Shown here in pieces: positions 1 through 8,851 of a stretch of 44,240 bases of DNA (position 1 is its first letter; the number at the start of each line of letters is the position of its first letter). Under the pieces are notes generated by a model, which did no database searches, had not been told where the DNA came from, and worked only from the letters and a program-made list of their open reading frames with translations. Source of the stretch: Parcubacteria group bacterium M10-OD1-1 (GTDB taxonomy: Bacteria > Patescibacteriota > Minisyncoccia > Moranbacterales > UBA2206). The stretch covers positions 1-44,240 of the forward strand of contig LSNL01000007.1 of NCBI GenBank assembly GCA_003056145.1, given 5' to 3'. The translations under genes and the position numbers were made by a program.

Positions 1-534
1 TTTTGTTTTTCCTTCTGCTTCTATATTTTCTTTAATTAAAGCTTCCGTAGATAAAAGTGAATAGGTATTTCCTTCAATAGCTGAAGACTTCCACGAAAAC
101 TCAATCATTATTCTTTCAAATTCTTTATTGATTAAAGTTTGACTATCATACTTTGAGAAATTTTTTATAAATTCAGTCTGCAATTCTTCAATCTTGTTTT
201 TTTCCTCTATCGTGAAAATATCATTTTCCAAAATTTTAAAAATCTTAAAATTAAAACTTTCTTTTACATTTCTTCTTAAATATGGTGTCGCAAAATATTT
301 TCCAGAATCGATTGGTAAAAATATTTTATTTAGATCCGTAATGCTGTATTTCACACCCCTTCCGGATCCGGTCTTTGAGATAAATCCTTGCTCTTGTAAA
401 TAGTTTAAATCTCTTTGTAAGGTTGTTCTTTCTATTGATTTTCCAAGAAAATCTAAAATTTCAGAGTTAGAAACAGTATTTTTACTCTGGATGAAGTTAA
501 TAATCTTTTGTTGTCTTTGTTGTCTTTTTCTCAT
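1..534 (-). CDS. Fic-family protein with N-terminal HTH (partial, runs off window start)
   Basis: Not in ORF track. Manual translation from ATG at 534 gives MRKRQQRQQKIINFIQSKNTVSNSEILDFLGKSIERTTLQRDLNYLQEQGFISKTGSGRGVKY (wHTH-like), then ...FSWKSSAIEGNTYSLLSTEALI. SxxIEGN is typical of Fic-domain N-terminal regions. Confidence 0.8.
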   Translation of the reverse strand, partial: MRKRQQRQQKIINFIQSKNTVSNSEILDFLGKSIERTTLQRDLNYLQEQGFISKTGSGRGVKYSITDLNKIFLPIDSGKYFATPYLRRNVKESFNFKIFKILENDIFTIEEKNKIEELQTEFIKNFSKYDSQTLINKEFERIMIEFSWKSSAIEGNTYSLLSTEALIKENIEAEGKTK

Positions 535-554
535 ATTATATATAATAACATATA

Positions 555-648
555 ATTGCTGCATTTTCAATCACTTATTGCTGCATTTTATATTACTTTT
601 TTAAAGAATCCCTTCAAAGTTAAGACTTTATTGCTGCATTTTATATTA
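555..648. repeat. Three direct repeats ATTGCTGCATTTT (555-567, 577-589, 630-642); copies 2 and 3 share 21 bp; probable operators
   Basis: Seen in sequence. Copy 1 lies in the spacer of a putative minus-strand TTGAAA-17-TATTAT promoter just upstream of the HTH-Fic ATG. Confidence 0.7.
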
Positions 649-776
649 TTACTTGTGACATTTTATTTTTAAAATCGCATCAATTTGATGAAATTTAATC
701 TTACCTCCAACCAACTTCTTTCAACTTTGGATTTATATAATCTCTTTTTGTTTGCTCTTCGTTCACAAGACTTAAT

Positions 777-1277
777 TTACTTTTTTTCAAAAACTTCTTC
801 AAAGAAATTTGCTACTTTATCTTTTAATTCATTAAAGTCCATGTTTTGTTTATTTTTTGAAGCAATGATAATTGCCAAATGATACATAGCAAAGCCAATT
901 GGAGTAAATCCTTCAAAATCATTAATCTCAAAATCTCTAAACAATGTCTGTAAAATCTCTAAAAATTCATCTTTTGATAATTCTCTTGAAGTATAATTAT
1001 TTTTTTCAAGAAAAAATACCGTACTAGTCATAGCCAATCGCTTATTTCCATTGGAAAAATAATGTGTATTTATATTAATAAAAAGAAAAGAAGCTTTATC
1101 AAAAATGCTAGGATAATAATCTGTTTTTGAACGATCTATCAAAGAAAAATATTTATCAATTCCTTCTCTTTCTTGATCATAATTAGGCACTTCTTCTTGA
1201 TATTCATAATCAAAGCTATTGATAGTGTCAATAATTTCAATTAAATCTTCTGGAGTAATATATTTAATATCTTTCAT
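777..1277 (-). CDS. Doc/Fic (death-on-curing) family toxin
   Basis: HYFSNGNKRLA matches the Doc-type HxFx[DN]GNKR motif; 166 aa. Confidence 0.85.
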   Translation of the reverse strand: MKDIKYITPEDLIEIIDTINSFDYEYQEEVPNYDQEREGIDKYFSLIDRSKTDYYPSIFDKASFLFININTHYFSNGNKRLAMTSTVFFLEKNNYTSRELSKDEFLEILQTLFRDFEINDFEGFTPIGFAMYHLAIIIASKNKQNMDFNELKDKVANFFEEVFEKK

Positions 1278-1288
1278 GCATTTATAAC

Positions 1289-1462
1289 CTACGTACTCCC
1301 TAGTTTTTTAATTGCACTTCCATACTTTTTTTTAACAGTTTTGGCAACTGATCCACTTTTATACGCACCTAAAATTTGCCCTTTGCGACCTGCAGAGGTT
1401 GTACGCTGACGAATAGCATAATATTTGCCAGTAGATGGATTGTGTATACGTTTTTGTCCCAT
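1289..1462 (-). CDS. Small basic protein, putative Doc antitoxin (57 aa, start re-called at MGQKR)
   Basis: 11 nt upstream of Doc. C-terminus VKKKYGSAIKKLGST resembles the C-terminal helix of Phd-type antitoxins. Confidence 0.55.
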   Translation of the reverse strand: MGQKRIHNPSTGKYYAIRQRTTSAGRKGQILGAYKSGSVAKTVKKKYGSAIKKLGST

Positions 1463-1576
1463 ATATTTATATTTAAACAATATCATTAAATGCGACATTT
1501 TCAAAGTCTAATTCATCATCCACAATTTTCTTCAATCCCCAAAATGCTCTTTTGCCTTCGACAAGAAGTTTGTTTA

Positions 1577-2119
1577 TTAAATTTTTTGTTTTTTTATAAT
1601 TTGATTCATTCTCTCTATATATTCTTCAAATTCTTTTTGAAAATCATCTTCATTCTTAAAAAATATTTCTCCTTTTGCATGCAGTCTTTCATTTCTTTTT
1701 TTTATCGGTAAAGATAAATTTCTAACTGAACCAAAGTCAAACCCTAGCAAATAGAAAAAATCGAATATATCTGATTCTCTTATTGTAGAAAAATTAAAAG
1801 GCGTTGTTATTTTATTTTTAAAATCACTATTCCTACTTTTTGTCCTGTAATTATTTACGAAATATTCAAACTCTGTCATAATCTCATTGTTCTTTTCACC
1901 CTCTTTTTGTTTTATCTCTTCAAATATTTTAGACATTCTAAAAATTTGAATATACACAAATGTCATATACAAAATATGCAAATGTGTATAAGCACTTGTA
2001 AAAAGATCATTCTCTGAACAACCCCAGAAATGTTCCAAATGATGTTTTACATATTCCGACAGCCTAAGCTCTGAATAGCCCAATGGAAAATATTCTATTA
2101 TTTGATATTGTTCGTCCAT
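1577..2119 (-). CDS. Helical protein with RxxxxH motif, putative HEPN domain; probably frameshifted (continuation to 1473)
   Basis: KRNERLHAKG gives R-x4-H. After the A7 run (1589-1595) the -1 frame reads KNLINKLLVEGKRAFWGLKKIVDDELDFENVAFNDIV*, stopping 10 nt before the next ATG. Confidence 0.5.
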   Translation of the reverse strand: MDEQYQIIEYFPLGYSELRLSEYVKHHLEHFWGCSENDLFTSAYTHLHILYMTFVYIQIFRMSKIFEEIKQKEGEKNNEIMTEFEYFVNNYRTKSRNSDFKNKITTPFNFSTIRESDIFDFFYLLGFDFGSVRNLSLPIKKRNERLHAKGEIFFKNEDDFQKEFEEYIERMNQIIKKQKI

Positions 2120-2144
2120 GATGATTTTCTTATAAGAATTTTAA

Positions 2145-3212
2145 TTAAAAATATTCATTAAAAATAAGAGCTAGTTTTTTATAAAAATCTGATTGTTTTA
2201 AATTCTTATGACAGTATTTGCTTACATTTGATTTAGATTTTTTTGTATATTTTTTCAAAGATATTTCCCATAAATCAGATTTCTTTTCCGTTATTAATTC
2301 TAAAAATAAACCATCTTCATTGTAACATTCCCAATGTTGAGAAGTTTGGGATATTTCTTTGATAGCCCAGTCATATTTTATTTTCAGTTTTCCAAAATCA
2401 TTTCTAACTTCTCTCACATTTTTATATCTTTTGTCTAAATCAATATTTAGACATTTATTGATTATCCTCTTTAATTTGCTATGAACATGAGGTAAATATT
2501 TTTTTCTATCAGGAAACTTTCCAAATATAATTTGCTCTTTTAATATTTTTTTATTTTTAAAATCATCCCATTGTTCAGAAAAATAAGAATTTCCATTTAG
2601 TAGTCTGTATAAAGTAACTCCTAGCATGTAAATATCACTTTGTTCATCAGCTTCTTTTTTTTGACCTGATAACTTTTCTGGCGGGTAGTGTGCAGTATAT
2701 ATTTTCTTGAATATGCTTGATCCATCTTTATTTTTTATATTTGCTAATCCAAAATCAGATAATTTATATATATTTTCGTTTTTGATAAGAATATTACCAG
2801 GTTTAATATCTAAATGAAGTATTTGTTTAGTATGAGCATGTTCCAATGCATGTAAAACACATTCTGAAATCTTAACAATTTGTTTTGTAGGCAAGAAAAT
2901 AGTTTTATTAAGAATATCTTGCACACTTCCATTTTCTAAAAATTCCATTCTTATGCTAAATCCAGGTTTTATAAATTCTGCATCATAAATATCTACAATA
3001 TATTGAGATTTTCTTAAATATTCTAAAACTGAAGATTCAAATAAATTATCATTAAGTTCTTTGGCAATATCTTTTTCTGTTTTTCCTTTAATAGGAATTA
3101 TTTTTACAGCTTCTTTTCTTAGAAGATATGTATTTTCACAAAGTAAAACATCTCCAAAATTTCCGTCAGAGGATATTTTACTCAAAAATTTTAATTTATT
3201 TGGTATTTGCAT
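2145..3212 (-). CDS. Hanks-type Ser/Thr protein kinase
   Basis: DGNFGDV (Gly loop), AVKII, HLDIKPGNIL, KLSDFGLA, YPPE, DIYMLG, plus a ~70 aa C-terminal extension. Confidence 0.95.
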   Translation of the reverse strand: MQIPNKLKFLSKISSDGNFGDVLLCENTYLLRKEAVKIIPIKGKTEKDIAKELNDNLFESSVLEYLRKSQYIVDIYDAEFIKPGFSIRMEFLENGSVQDILNKTIFLPTKQIVKISECVLHALEHAHTKQILHLDIKPGNILIKNENIYKLSDFGLANIKNKDGSSIFKKIYTAHYPPEKLSGQKKEADEQSDIYMLGVTLYRLLNGNSYFSEQWDDFKNKKILKEQIIFGKFPDRKKYLPHVHSKLKRIINKCLNIDLDKRYKNVREVRNDFGKLKIKYDWAIKEISQTSQHWECYNEDGLFLELITEKKSDLWEISLKKYTKKSKSNVSKYCHKNLKQSDFYKKLALIFNEYF

Positions 3213-3215
3213 AAT

Positions 3216-3683
3216 TTAAAAAGTTTCTTTCAAAGAAAATAAAAATACCAATCCATCAAGTAATTTGTCTGATTTTGCTATACTATAGTTTTTTAATACT
3301 TCATTTTTATTTTTTTCTAATAACGCTTTAAAATCTTTATTCGAAATAGATAATTTTTCCCTAACTGTAACAAGAGTGAGTTCTAAAATATGTAAATTAT
3401 TTTGATAACAATAAAGATTCAAAATGGCAGAATTAGCAAATCCTTCCTCATCTTTAATTACACCCCTGCATTTTTGAGGCGATTGATATGCAAAAGCACT
3501 GGGAGAATACCTTGTTTGTATATGTGATATTTCATCTAATATCTTGTTATATTTTTCTCCTTTATTCATCGCAGATTCTAGTGATATTTTTTCTTTCTCA
3601 CCAAAAATCAAATTTCCAGAATTGATCGTACATTCTAAAAAATGTATTTTCTCTTTTTCAAATCTAAATAATATAATTTTCAT
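3216..3683 (-). CDS. Hypothetical protein, RNase H/RuvC-like fold with degenerate active site
   Basis: Pattern parallels RuvC: KIILFRFEKEKIHFLEC; KILDEISHIQTRYSPSAFAYQSP; AILNLYCYQNNLHILELTLVTVREKL; DKLLDGLVFL. By-eye inference. Confidence 0.5.
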   Translation of the reverse strand: MKIILFRFEKEKIHFLECTINSGNLIFGEKEKISLESAMNKGEKYNKILDEISHIQTRYSPSAFAYQSPQKCRGVIKDEEGFANSAILNLYCYQNNLHILELTLVTVREKLSISNKDFKALLEKNKNEVLKNYSIAKSDKLLDGLVFLFSLKETF

Positions 3684-3694
3684 AATAATTTATT

Positions 3695-4288
3695 TTACTC
3701 TCCCCAAACTTCTGCGATTTTGGTTTTGATTTTCTTTTCAAAAATTTTAATGAGTTTCTTGTTTTGATTTACCATTTCTTGCTCGGCTTCAATTTCAGAA
3801 ACAATTTTTTCTTGAATTTTTAGTGGTGGTAAAAATATTTTTTGAGTATAAGCATCTTCTCTATTTAATCCAGGTATTCCTGCACCACCTCGCAATTTCT
3901 GTAATTCTAATTTTTGAAGAATGTTAAAAATAAATTTCAAATTATCATTTCTTTTTAATTTTACATAATAAGTTGTATCTATTGGAAAACAATTCTCTTC
4001 AACCCATACAACTTCACCAGCAGAACCCTTTCTTCCAACAATTATGGAAGGCCCTTTAATTAAGTATTTATTATGATACCCACTTATTCCATTTGAACCC
4101 ATTACTGGATATTTTCCATCAACCCTATCTCTCTTAGGTAAACTTTTACCATACTCTAAACTTAATACTTCTTTCAGCTCGACCATCTCCCAATCACTCT
4201 CAATTTTAATATTTGGTTTCCAGTTTTCTACAACCTGCTTTGCTCCGTCAATGACTTTTTGATAAGAATCTAATTCTTCAACAATTTG
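3695..4288 (-). CDS. hsdS: HsdS specificity domain (second TRD plus coiled-coil spacer), disconnected 3' part of the HsdM-S fusion
   Basis: LEYGKSL, YPVMGSNG, IIVGRKGSAG, IPGLN...IFLPPLKIQEKIVSEIEAEQ. The frame is open upstream of the track ATG (4186) to ~4288: QIVEELDSYQKVIDGAKQVVENWKP. Confidence 0.9.
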   Translation of the reverse strand, partial: QIVEELDSYQKVIDGAKQVVENWKPNIKIESDWEMVELKEVLSLEYGKSLPKRDRVDGKYPVMGSNGISGYHNKYLIKGPSIIVGRKGSAGEVVWVEENCFPIDTTYYVKLKRNDNLKFIFNILQKLELQKLRGGAGIPGLNREDAYTQKIFLPPLKIQEKIVSEIEAEQEMVNQNKKLIKIFEKKIKTKIAEVWGE

Positions 4289-6036
4289 TTTTTTTCAACA
4301 TTTTTTACTGTTATCATTGGAATACCCATTCCTTCAGTTATACTTTTGAAATCTAAATTTTTTAACAAACTATAAATATATTTTGTTAAAACTTTTTTAT
4401 TATTTAAACTAACCGCAATAGTTGTTTGGGTACAAGTAAAATCTTCTAAATTTGGCATCTTTACAGAACCAATTGTCCCTCTAGCACCAATTACTAAAGT
4501 ATTTTTACTAAATGATAGTTTTGTTTTTTCTGTAAAATTCCAAGGTTTTTCAGATGTATCTGCACTAAAAATTGCTTTTCCTTTTCCAGTTAAATCTTTC
4601 TTTATTAAAGTCTCTCCCATTCTTATATTAGCAATTTCTTTTAAATTAAAAATATCAAATTTCACATTAGAATAATCGACAACTTCTCTATATCTATCAC
4701 CAGTTAAATTATAATCTCCACTCTCTGCAATCTCTGATTTCTTTACTGCAAAAGCAACTTTTTGACCTTCTTTAACTTTTTGTTTTTCTTTCCACTCTTT
4801 CAAAACTTCTAAAGCTAACGGAAAATCATTTTTATCAATTTCTCGTCTTTGTGCTCCTAAATCAAAACCATCATTTTCTATTTTTATGAATAAAACTTCT
4901 TTTTTCTTTTTTGTTATATCGTTATCAAAAAGCAAGATGGAAGTCTTAACTCCAGAATACGGATTAAAAACTCCTGACGGTAAAGACACCACCGCATACA
5001 AACCATCTTCAACTAAAATTTTTCTCAATTTTTTATAAGCATTTGCTGATTGAAAAATAATTCCCTCCGGCACAATAATTCCTGCTCGCCCTTTTGGTCG
5101 CAAGTGTTCTACAATATAATCTACAAAAAGTACTTCGGCTCTATTTGCTTGAACACCAAATTTTGAATGTGGTTCTATTCCGCCTTTTGGAGTCATAAAT
5201 GGTGGATTGGCTAGAATAATATCAAAATCTTCATCCCAGTTATCCGTACTGGATAAAGTATCATAAACTCTAATATCTGGATTTTTGAATTTATGTAAAT
5301 AAGTATTGACTTGTGCCGTTCGCACCATATTTGAATCAATATCATATCCAGTAATATTTTTGTGAATTTTTGCTCGCTCTGCTGAAGTTAGTGGTTTTTC
5401 TTTATTTGTTGGTTTACCTGTTTTGTTATCAAGCCCATCATGAGCTTCTAAAATATGCTTATAAGCTGAAATCAAAAATCCACCAGTTCCACAAGCTGGA
5501 TCTAAAATTTTATCTTCTTTTTGTGGATCAATAGCCTTAACAATAAAATCAATAATATGCCGTGGTGTTCTAAATTGTCCCGCATCTCCTTGAGAACCCA
5601 TAATGCTTAAAAGATACTCATAAGCATTTCCTAATTCTTCAGAATTATCATATTGAAATTGGTCAATTTCTGAAAGAAATAAACCTAGTGTTCGGGGATC
5701 ATTAAAAGGTAAGTAAACATTTTTGAAAATATCTCTAAAAAGTTGCGGTATCTTATTATTTTCCGGAATTCTTTTTAATGCCTCTAAAAATAAATTTAAT
5801 TTTTCTTGATTTCCAAGACGACTGTCCATTAAATTATGCCAAGAATATTTTTTGAAATCTCCTGTGAAAAAACTGCCATTACCACCTAATTTTCTAGATT
5901 GCTCGTCCATATCATCCATAAACTTATAAATCAAAGCGGTGGTGATAAGATCAACCTGTTGCATTGGGTTTGGCAAAACTCCAACTAAAACTTGCCTAGC
6001 ACCATCTATCCTTCTTTTTGTTTCTGCTGTTAACAT
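4270..6036 (-). CDS. hsdM: Type I N6-adenine methyltransferase fused to first HsdS TRD (HsdM-S fusion, truncated by frameshift)
   Basis: GQFRTPRHI, ILDPACGTGGFL, ILANPPF; the C-terminal ~130 aa are TRD-like (GARGTIGSV, GIPMITV). Confidence 0.93.
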   Translation of the reverse strand: MLTAETKRRIDGARQVLVGVLPNPMQQVDLITTALIYKFMDDMDEQSRKLGGNGSFFTGDFKKYSWHNLMDSRLGNQEKLNLFLEALKRIPENNKIPQLFRDIFKNVYLPFNDPRTLGLFLSEIDQFQYDNSEELGNAYEYLLSIMGSQGDAGQFRTPRHIIDFIVKAIDPQKEDKILDPACGTGGFLISAYKHILEAHDGLDNKTGKPTNKEKPLTSAERAKIHKNITGYDIDSNMVRTAQVNTYLHKFKNPDIRVYDTLSSTDNWDEDFDIILANPPFMTPKGGIEPHSKFGVQANRAEVLFVDYIVEHLRPKGRAGIIVPEGIIFQSANAYKKLRKILVEDGLYAVVSLPSGVFNPYSGVKTSILLFDNDITKKKKEVLFIKIENDGFDLGAQRREIDKNDFPLALEVLKEWKEKQKVKEGQKVAFAVKKSEIAESGDYNLTGDRYREVVDYSNVKFDIFNLKEIANIRMGETLIKKDLTGKGKAIFSADTSEKPWNFTEKTKLSFSKNTLVIGARGTIGSVKMPNLEDFTCTQTTIAVSLNNKKVLTKYIYSLLKNLDFKSITEGMGIPMITVKNVEKNKLLKN

Positions 6037-6040
6037 AATT

Positions 6041-8572
6041 TTATCTATAAATATTTGTATTAATATAATCCTTTACATAAGTTGGTATTTTTTTCCTATA
6101 ATTTTCTGGAACATTTTCCAAGTCCTCCATAGTAAGTTTTGGATTAGTTGCTAGCTGATTAAATTCTTTAGTGTCAATAATATTTTCTATTTCTTTATCC
6201 TCAATGTAAGTATTAAAAAAATATTTTGTTTTTGCATATTCGTCTGGTGCTACTTCTCCCATTTCTGTTGCTCTAAACTTTTCAAATTCACTATCAAGCA
6301 ATTCTTCTTTTGTCTCAAATCGCTTTTTCTTTCCAAAAGCATAATCTAAAAGTTCATTCATTCTTACTCGTCTATCTAATTTTAATGCTTTTCTAATTTT
6401 ATCTAAATTCATAAAGTTTTTAGGCTTATCAAAAATTTGCACTCTAATAATATCACCAGCCTCTTGATAATTATTATTTTCTATCAATTTTTCTAACTCT
6501 TTATTTGTTTTTAAATCTTCATCAATAAATTTAGAAAATGCCTCTCTGTCTATCCTCATTCCGTCTTCACCGATTTTTGTTTTTTCTTTTGTCTTTATTT
6601 TATCTTCGGACTTAAGATCTATTTCATCAGCTATCGCAGGAACTAGTCCAATGCTAATATCCTCTTTTTTTCCCTCTTTTGGTAGTTCTAATATTTCATC
6701 ATAATCAAAATCTTCTTCAAAATATTGATAGTTAGCAAAAAAATCAAATAAATAAAAGTTATCTTTCTTTCTTGCTATTTCTTCTCTAGTTTCTGAGTCA
6801 ATGTACTTAAAAATATTTTTTCTAGTACCTCTTCCTTTGATTTGCACAAAATCAGATGGGGAAAATATCGGTCGCATTAATACAAGATTTAAAATATTCG
6901 GACAATCATAGCCTGTTGCCATCATCCCAACCGTAACTGTAACCCTCGATTTACTCGTTTTATAACCTTCCAAAAATTGGCTTGTGCCATTGAGTCGATC
7001 ATTAGCAAAATCAACAGTCATTTGTTGTGCTCCTTGCACATGAGAGGTAATTTGAACTGCAAAATCAGACTTATATTTTCCTAACCATTTCTGCATCGCT
7101 AACTTATTTAAAATACTTGTAATTTTAGCAGCATGATTTTGGCTAACTGCGAAAATAATCGTCTTGCCAATTTCACCGCTAACTGGATCAAGCTTTGCAT
7201 TATTTAAAAAAGCCTTACAAAATTGAACATTTGTTTCTTCATTAAAAAATCTTTTTTCAAAATTTCTTCCAAAAAAAGTTTCCTCGATTTCTTTTCCATT
7301 GTCATCAACGGTATGTACGGCATAACCCTCTTCGGATAAAAGTTCAGTAGTAATTTCTGTACGAATATCTAAAACATACGGATTAACTAAATATTTTGGC
7401 ACACCATCAGCTAAGCTAAATCTATAGGTAGGCTCTCCAGACTCACAACCAAAAGTTTTATAAGTATCTAATAATTGTCTTTTTTCATAAGCTCGTTGTG
7501 AATTTTGTTTAACATCTTCGTCAACTCCTTTTAAATACTCTTTTGGCGTAGCCGTTAGCCCAAGTTTAAATCCTACAAAATATTCAAAAACTGCTCGAGC
7601 ATTTCCACTTATTGACCTGTGAGATTCATCAGAAATAACAAACTCAAAATCAGTTGGTGAAAACTCTTTTTTATATCTGTCATTTGAAGCTAAGCTTTGC
7701 ACAGTTGAAATAACTATATGTGCATTTTTCCAAGTATCTCTTGATTCTTTATAAACAGCTATTTGATAATCTTTTTCTAAATAATCCCTAAAAGCTTTTT
7801 TTGCTTGATCTTCTAATTCCAACCTATCCACCAAAAATAATATCCTCTTAGCATTGCCCGTTTTAAGAAATAATTTTGAAATAGCCGCTGTAGTCAAGGT
7901 TTTTCCTGTTCCAGTCGCCATCTCTAAAAGATATCTAGTATTTCCTTTTTTGGCTGATTCTTGAATAGCGTAAATTGCCTCTAGCTGATAATCTCTTAAA
8001 ATTCTTACCCCTGTTTTAAATAAATAATCATTTTTTTCTTCCTCTGTTCCATTTTGCCACAGTGGATTATTTTGAAAGCTTAGATTTTTTGAAAGAGCAA
8101 TATAATCTTCACCCACTTCTTCTAGTGATAATCTTTCTGGATTCGGATTGTATTTACTAAATTCAGCTAATGATTCTTGTGTAGGGAATTTAATAATTAT
8201 TTCTGGATTTCCTTTTTCAATATCCCAAAGATAATGGATATTTCCATTCGATAAAATAACATAACGAGCATGATTTGTTCTGGCATATTTTCTAGCTTGA
8301 TCTTTTGCACTTAAAGGATTTATACTTTCTTTCTTTGCCTCTAAAACTACCAAAGCTTTTCCGTCTTGATCTAATAACAAATAATCAATATAGCCATCCT
8401 TTGTCATTTCAAAATTATCTCCCTGACTATTTATATCTTCTTTTTTAATCTTTACATTTGGCTCTAGTTGAATATTTGCCTCTCCATTTTCATCATCAAA
8501 AAACCGCCATCCTGCTTCTTCAAGAAGTTTGTTTATTTTTATTCGTGCTTTTGCCTCCTTTGCAGTTGTCAT
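6041..8572 (-). CDS. hsdR: Type I restriction endonuclease subunit R (EcoAI/EcoEI-like)
   Basis: DYLLLD...VLEAKK (PD-D/ExK nuclease), MATGTGKT, DESHR, LTATP, ATGYDCP, QIKGRGTR. Confidence 0.95.
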   Translation of the reverse strand: MTTAKEAKARIKINKLLEEAGWRFFDDENGEANIQLEPNVKIKKEDINSQGDNFEMTKDGYIDYLLLDQDGKALVVLEAKKESINPLSAKDQARKYARTNHARYVILSNGNIHYLWDIEKGNPEIIIKFPTQESLAEFSKYNPNPERLSLEEVGEDYIALSKNLSFQNNPLWQNGTEEEKNDYLFKTGVRILRDYQLEAIYAIQESAKKGNTRYLLEMATGTGKTLTTAAISKLFLKTGNAKRILFLVDRLELEDQAKKAFRDYLEKDYQIAVYKESRDTWKNAHIVISTVQSLASNDRYKKEFSPTDFEFVISDESHRSISGNARAVFEYFVGFKLGLTATPKEYLKGVDEDVKQNSQRAYEKRQLLDTYKTFGCESGEPTYRFSLADGVPKYLVNPYVLDIRTEITTELLSEEGYAVHTVDDNGKEIEETFFGRNFEKRFFNEETNVQFCKAFLNNAKLDPVSGEIGKTIIFAVSQNHAAKITSILNKLAMQKWLGKYKSDFAVQITSHVQGAQQMTVDFANDRLNGTSQFLEGYKTSKSRVTVTVGMMATGYDCPNILNLVLMRPIFSPSDFVQIKGRGTRKNIFKYIDSETREEIARKKDNFYLFDFFANYQYFEEDFDYDEILELPKEGKKEDISIGLVPAIADEIDLKSEDKIKTKEKTKIGEDGMRIDREAFSKFIDEDLKTNKELEKLIENNNYQEAGDIIRVQIFDKPKNFMNLDKIRKALKLDRRVRMNELLDYAFGKKKRFETKEELLDSEFEKFRATEMGEVAPDEYAKTKYFFNTYIEDKEIENIIDTKEFNQLATNPKLTMEDLENVPENYRKKIPTYVKDYINTNIYR

Positions 8573-8779
8573 ATTTTTATCTATTTAAACAATATTCTTA
8601 CTCAATATTTAAATTATACTCTTTTGGTGGTGGAGAATCAAAGAATAAGAAAGAAAAAAGAAGGGGGTTGTTTTATTGTTGTGTGATTGATTTGCTTTGC
8701 CTTTTTGTGTTCCATGAAGTGCATAGTAATATCAACGGTACTTTTTAAAAAAAGTAAGTTAAAGAGAGCAAAATTGTAT

Positions 8780-8833
8780 AAAAAAATCTCATCCTCTTTT
8801 CAATTGATAAACAACTGAATTGAGAACGAGATT
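8780..8833 (-). terminator. Possible intrinsic terminator after leuB
   Basis: Imperfect AATCTC...GAGATT / TCAATT...AATTGA hairpin followed by a U-run on the minus strand. Confidence 0.4.
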
Positions 8834-8851
8834 GGTTTTCGCGCTGAAATT

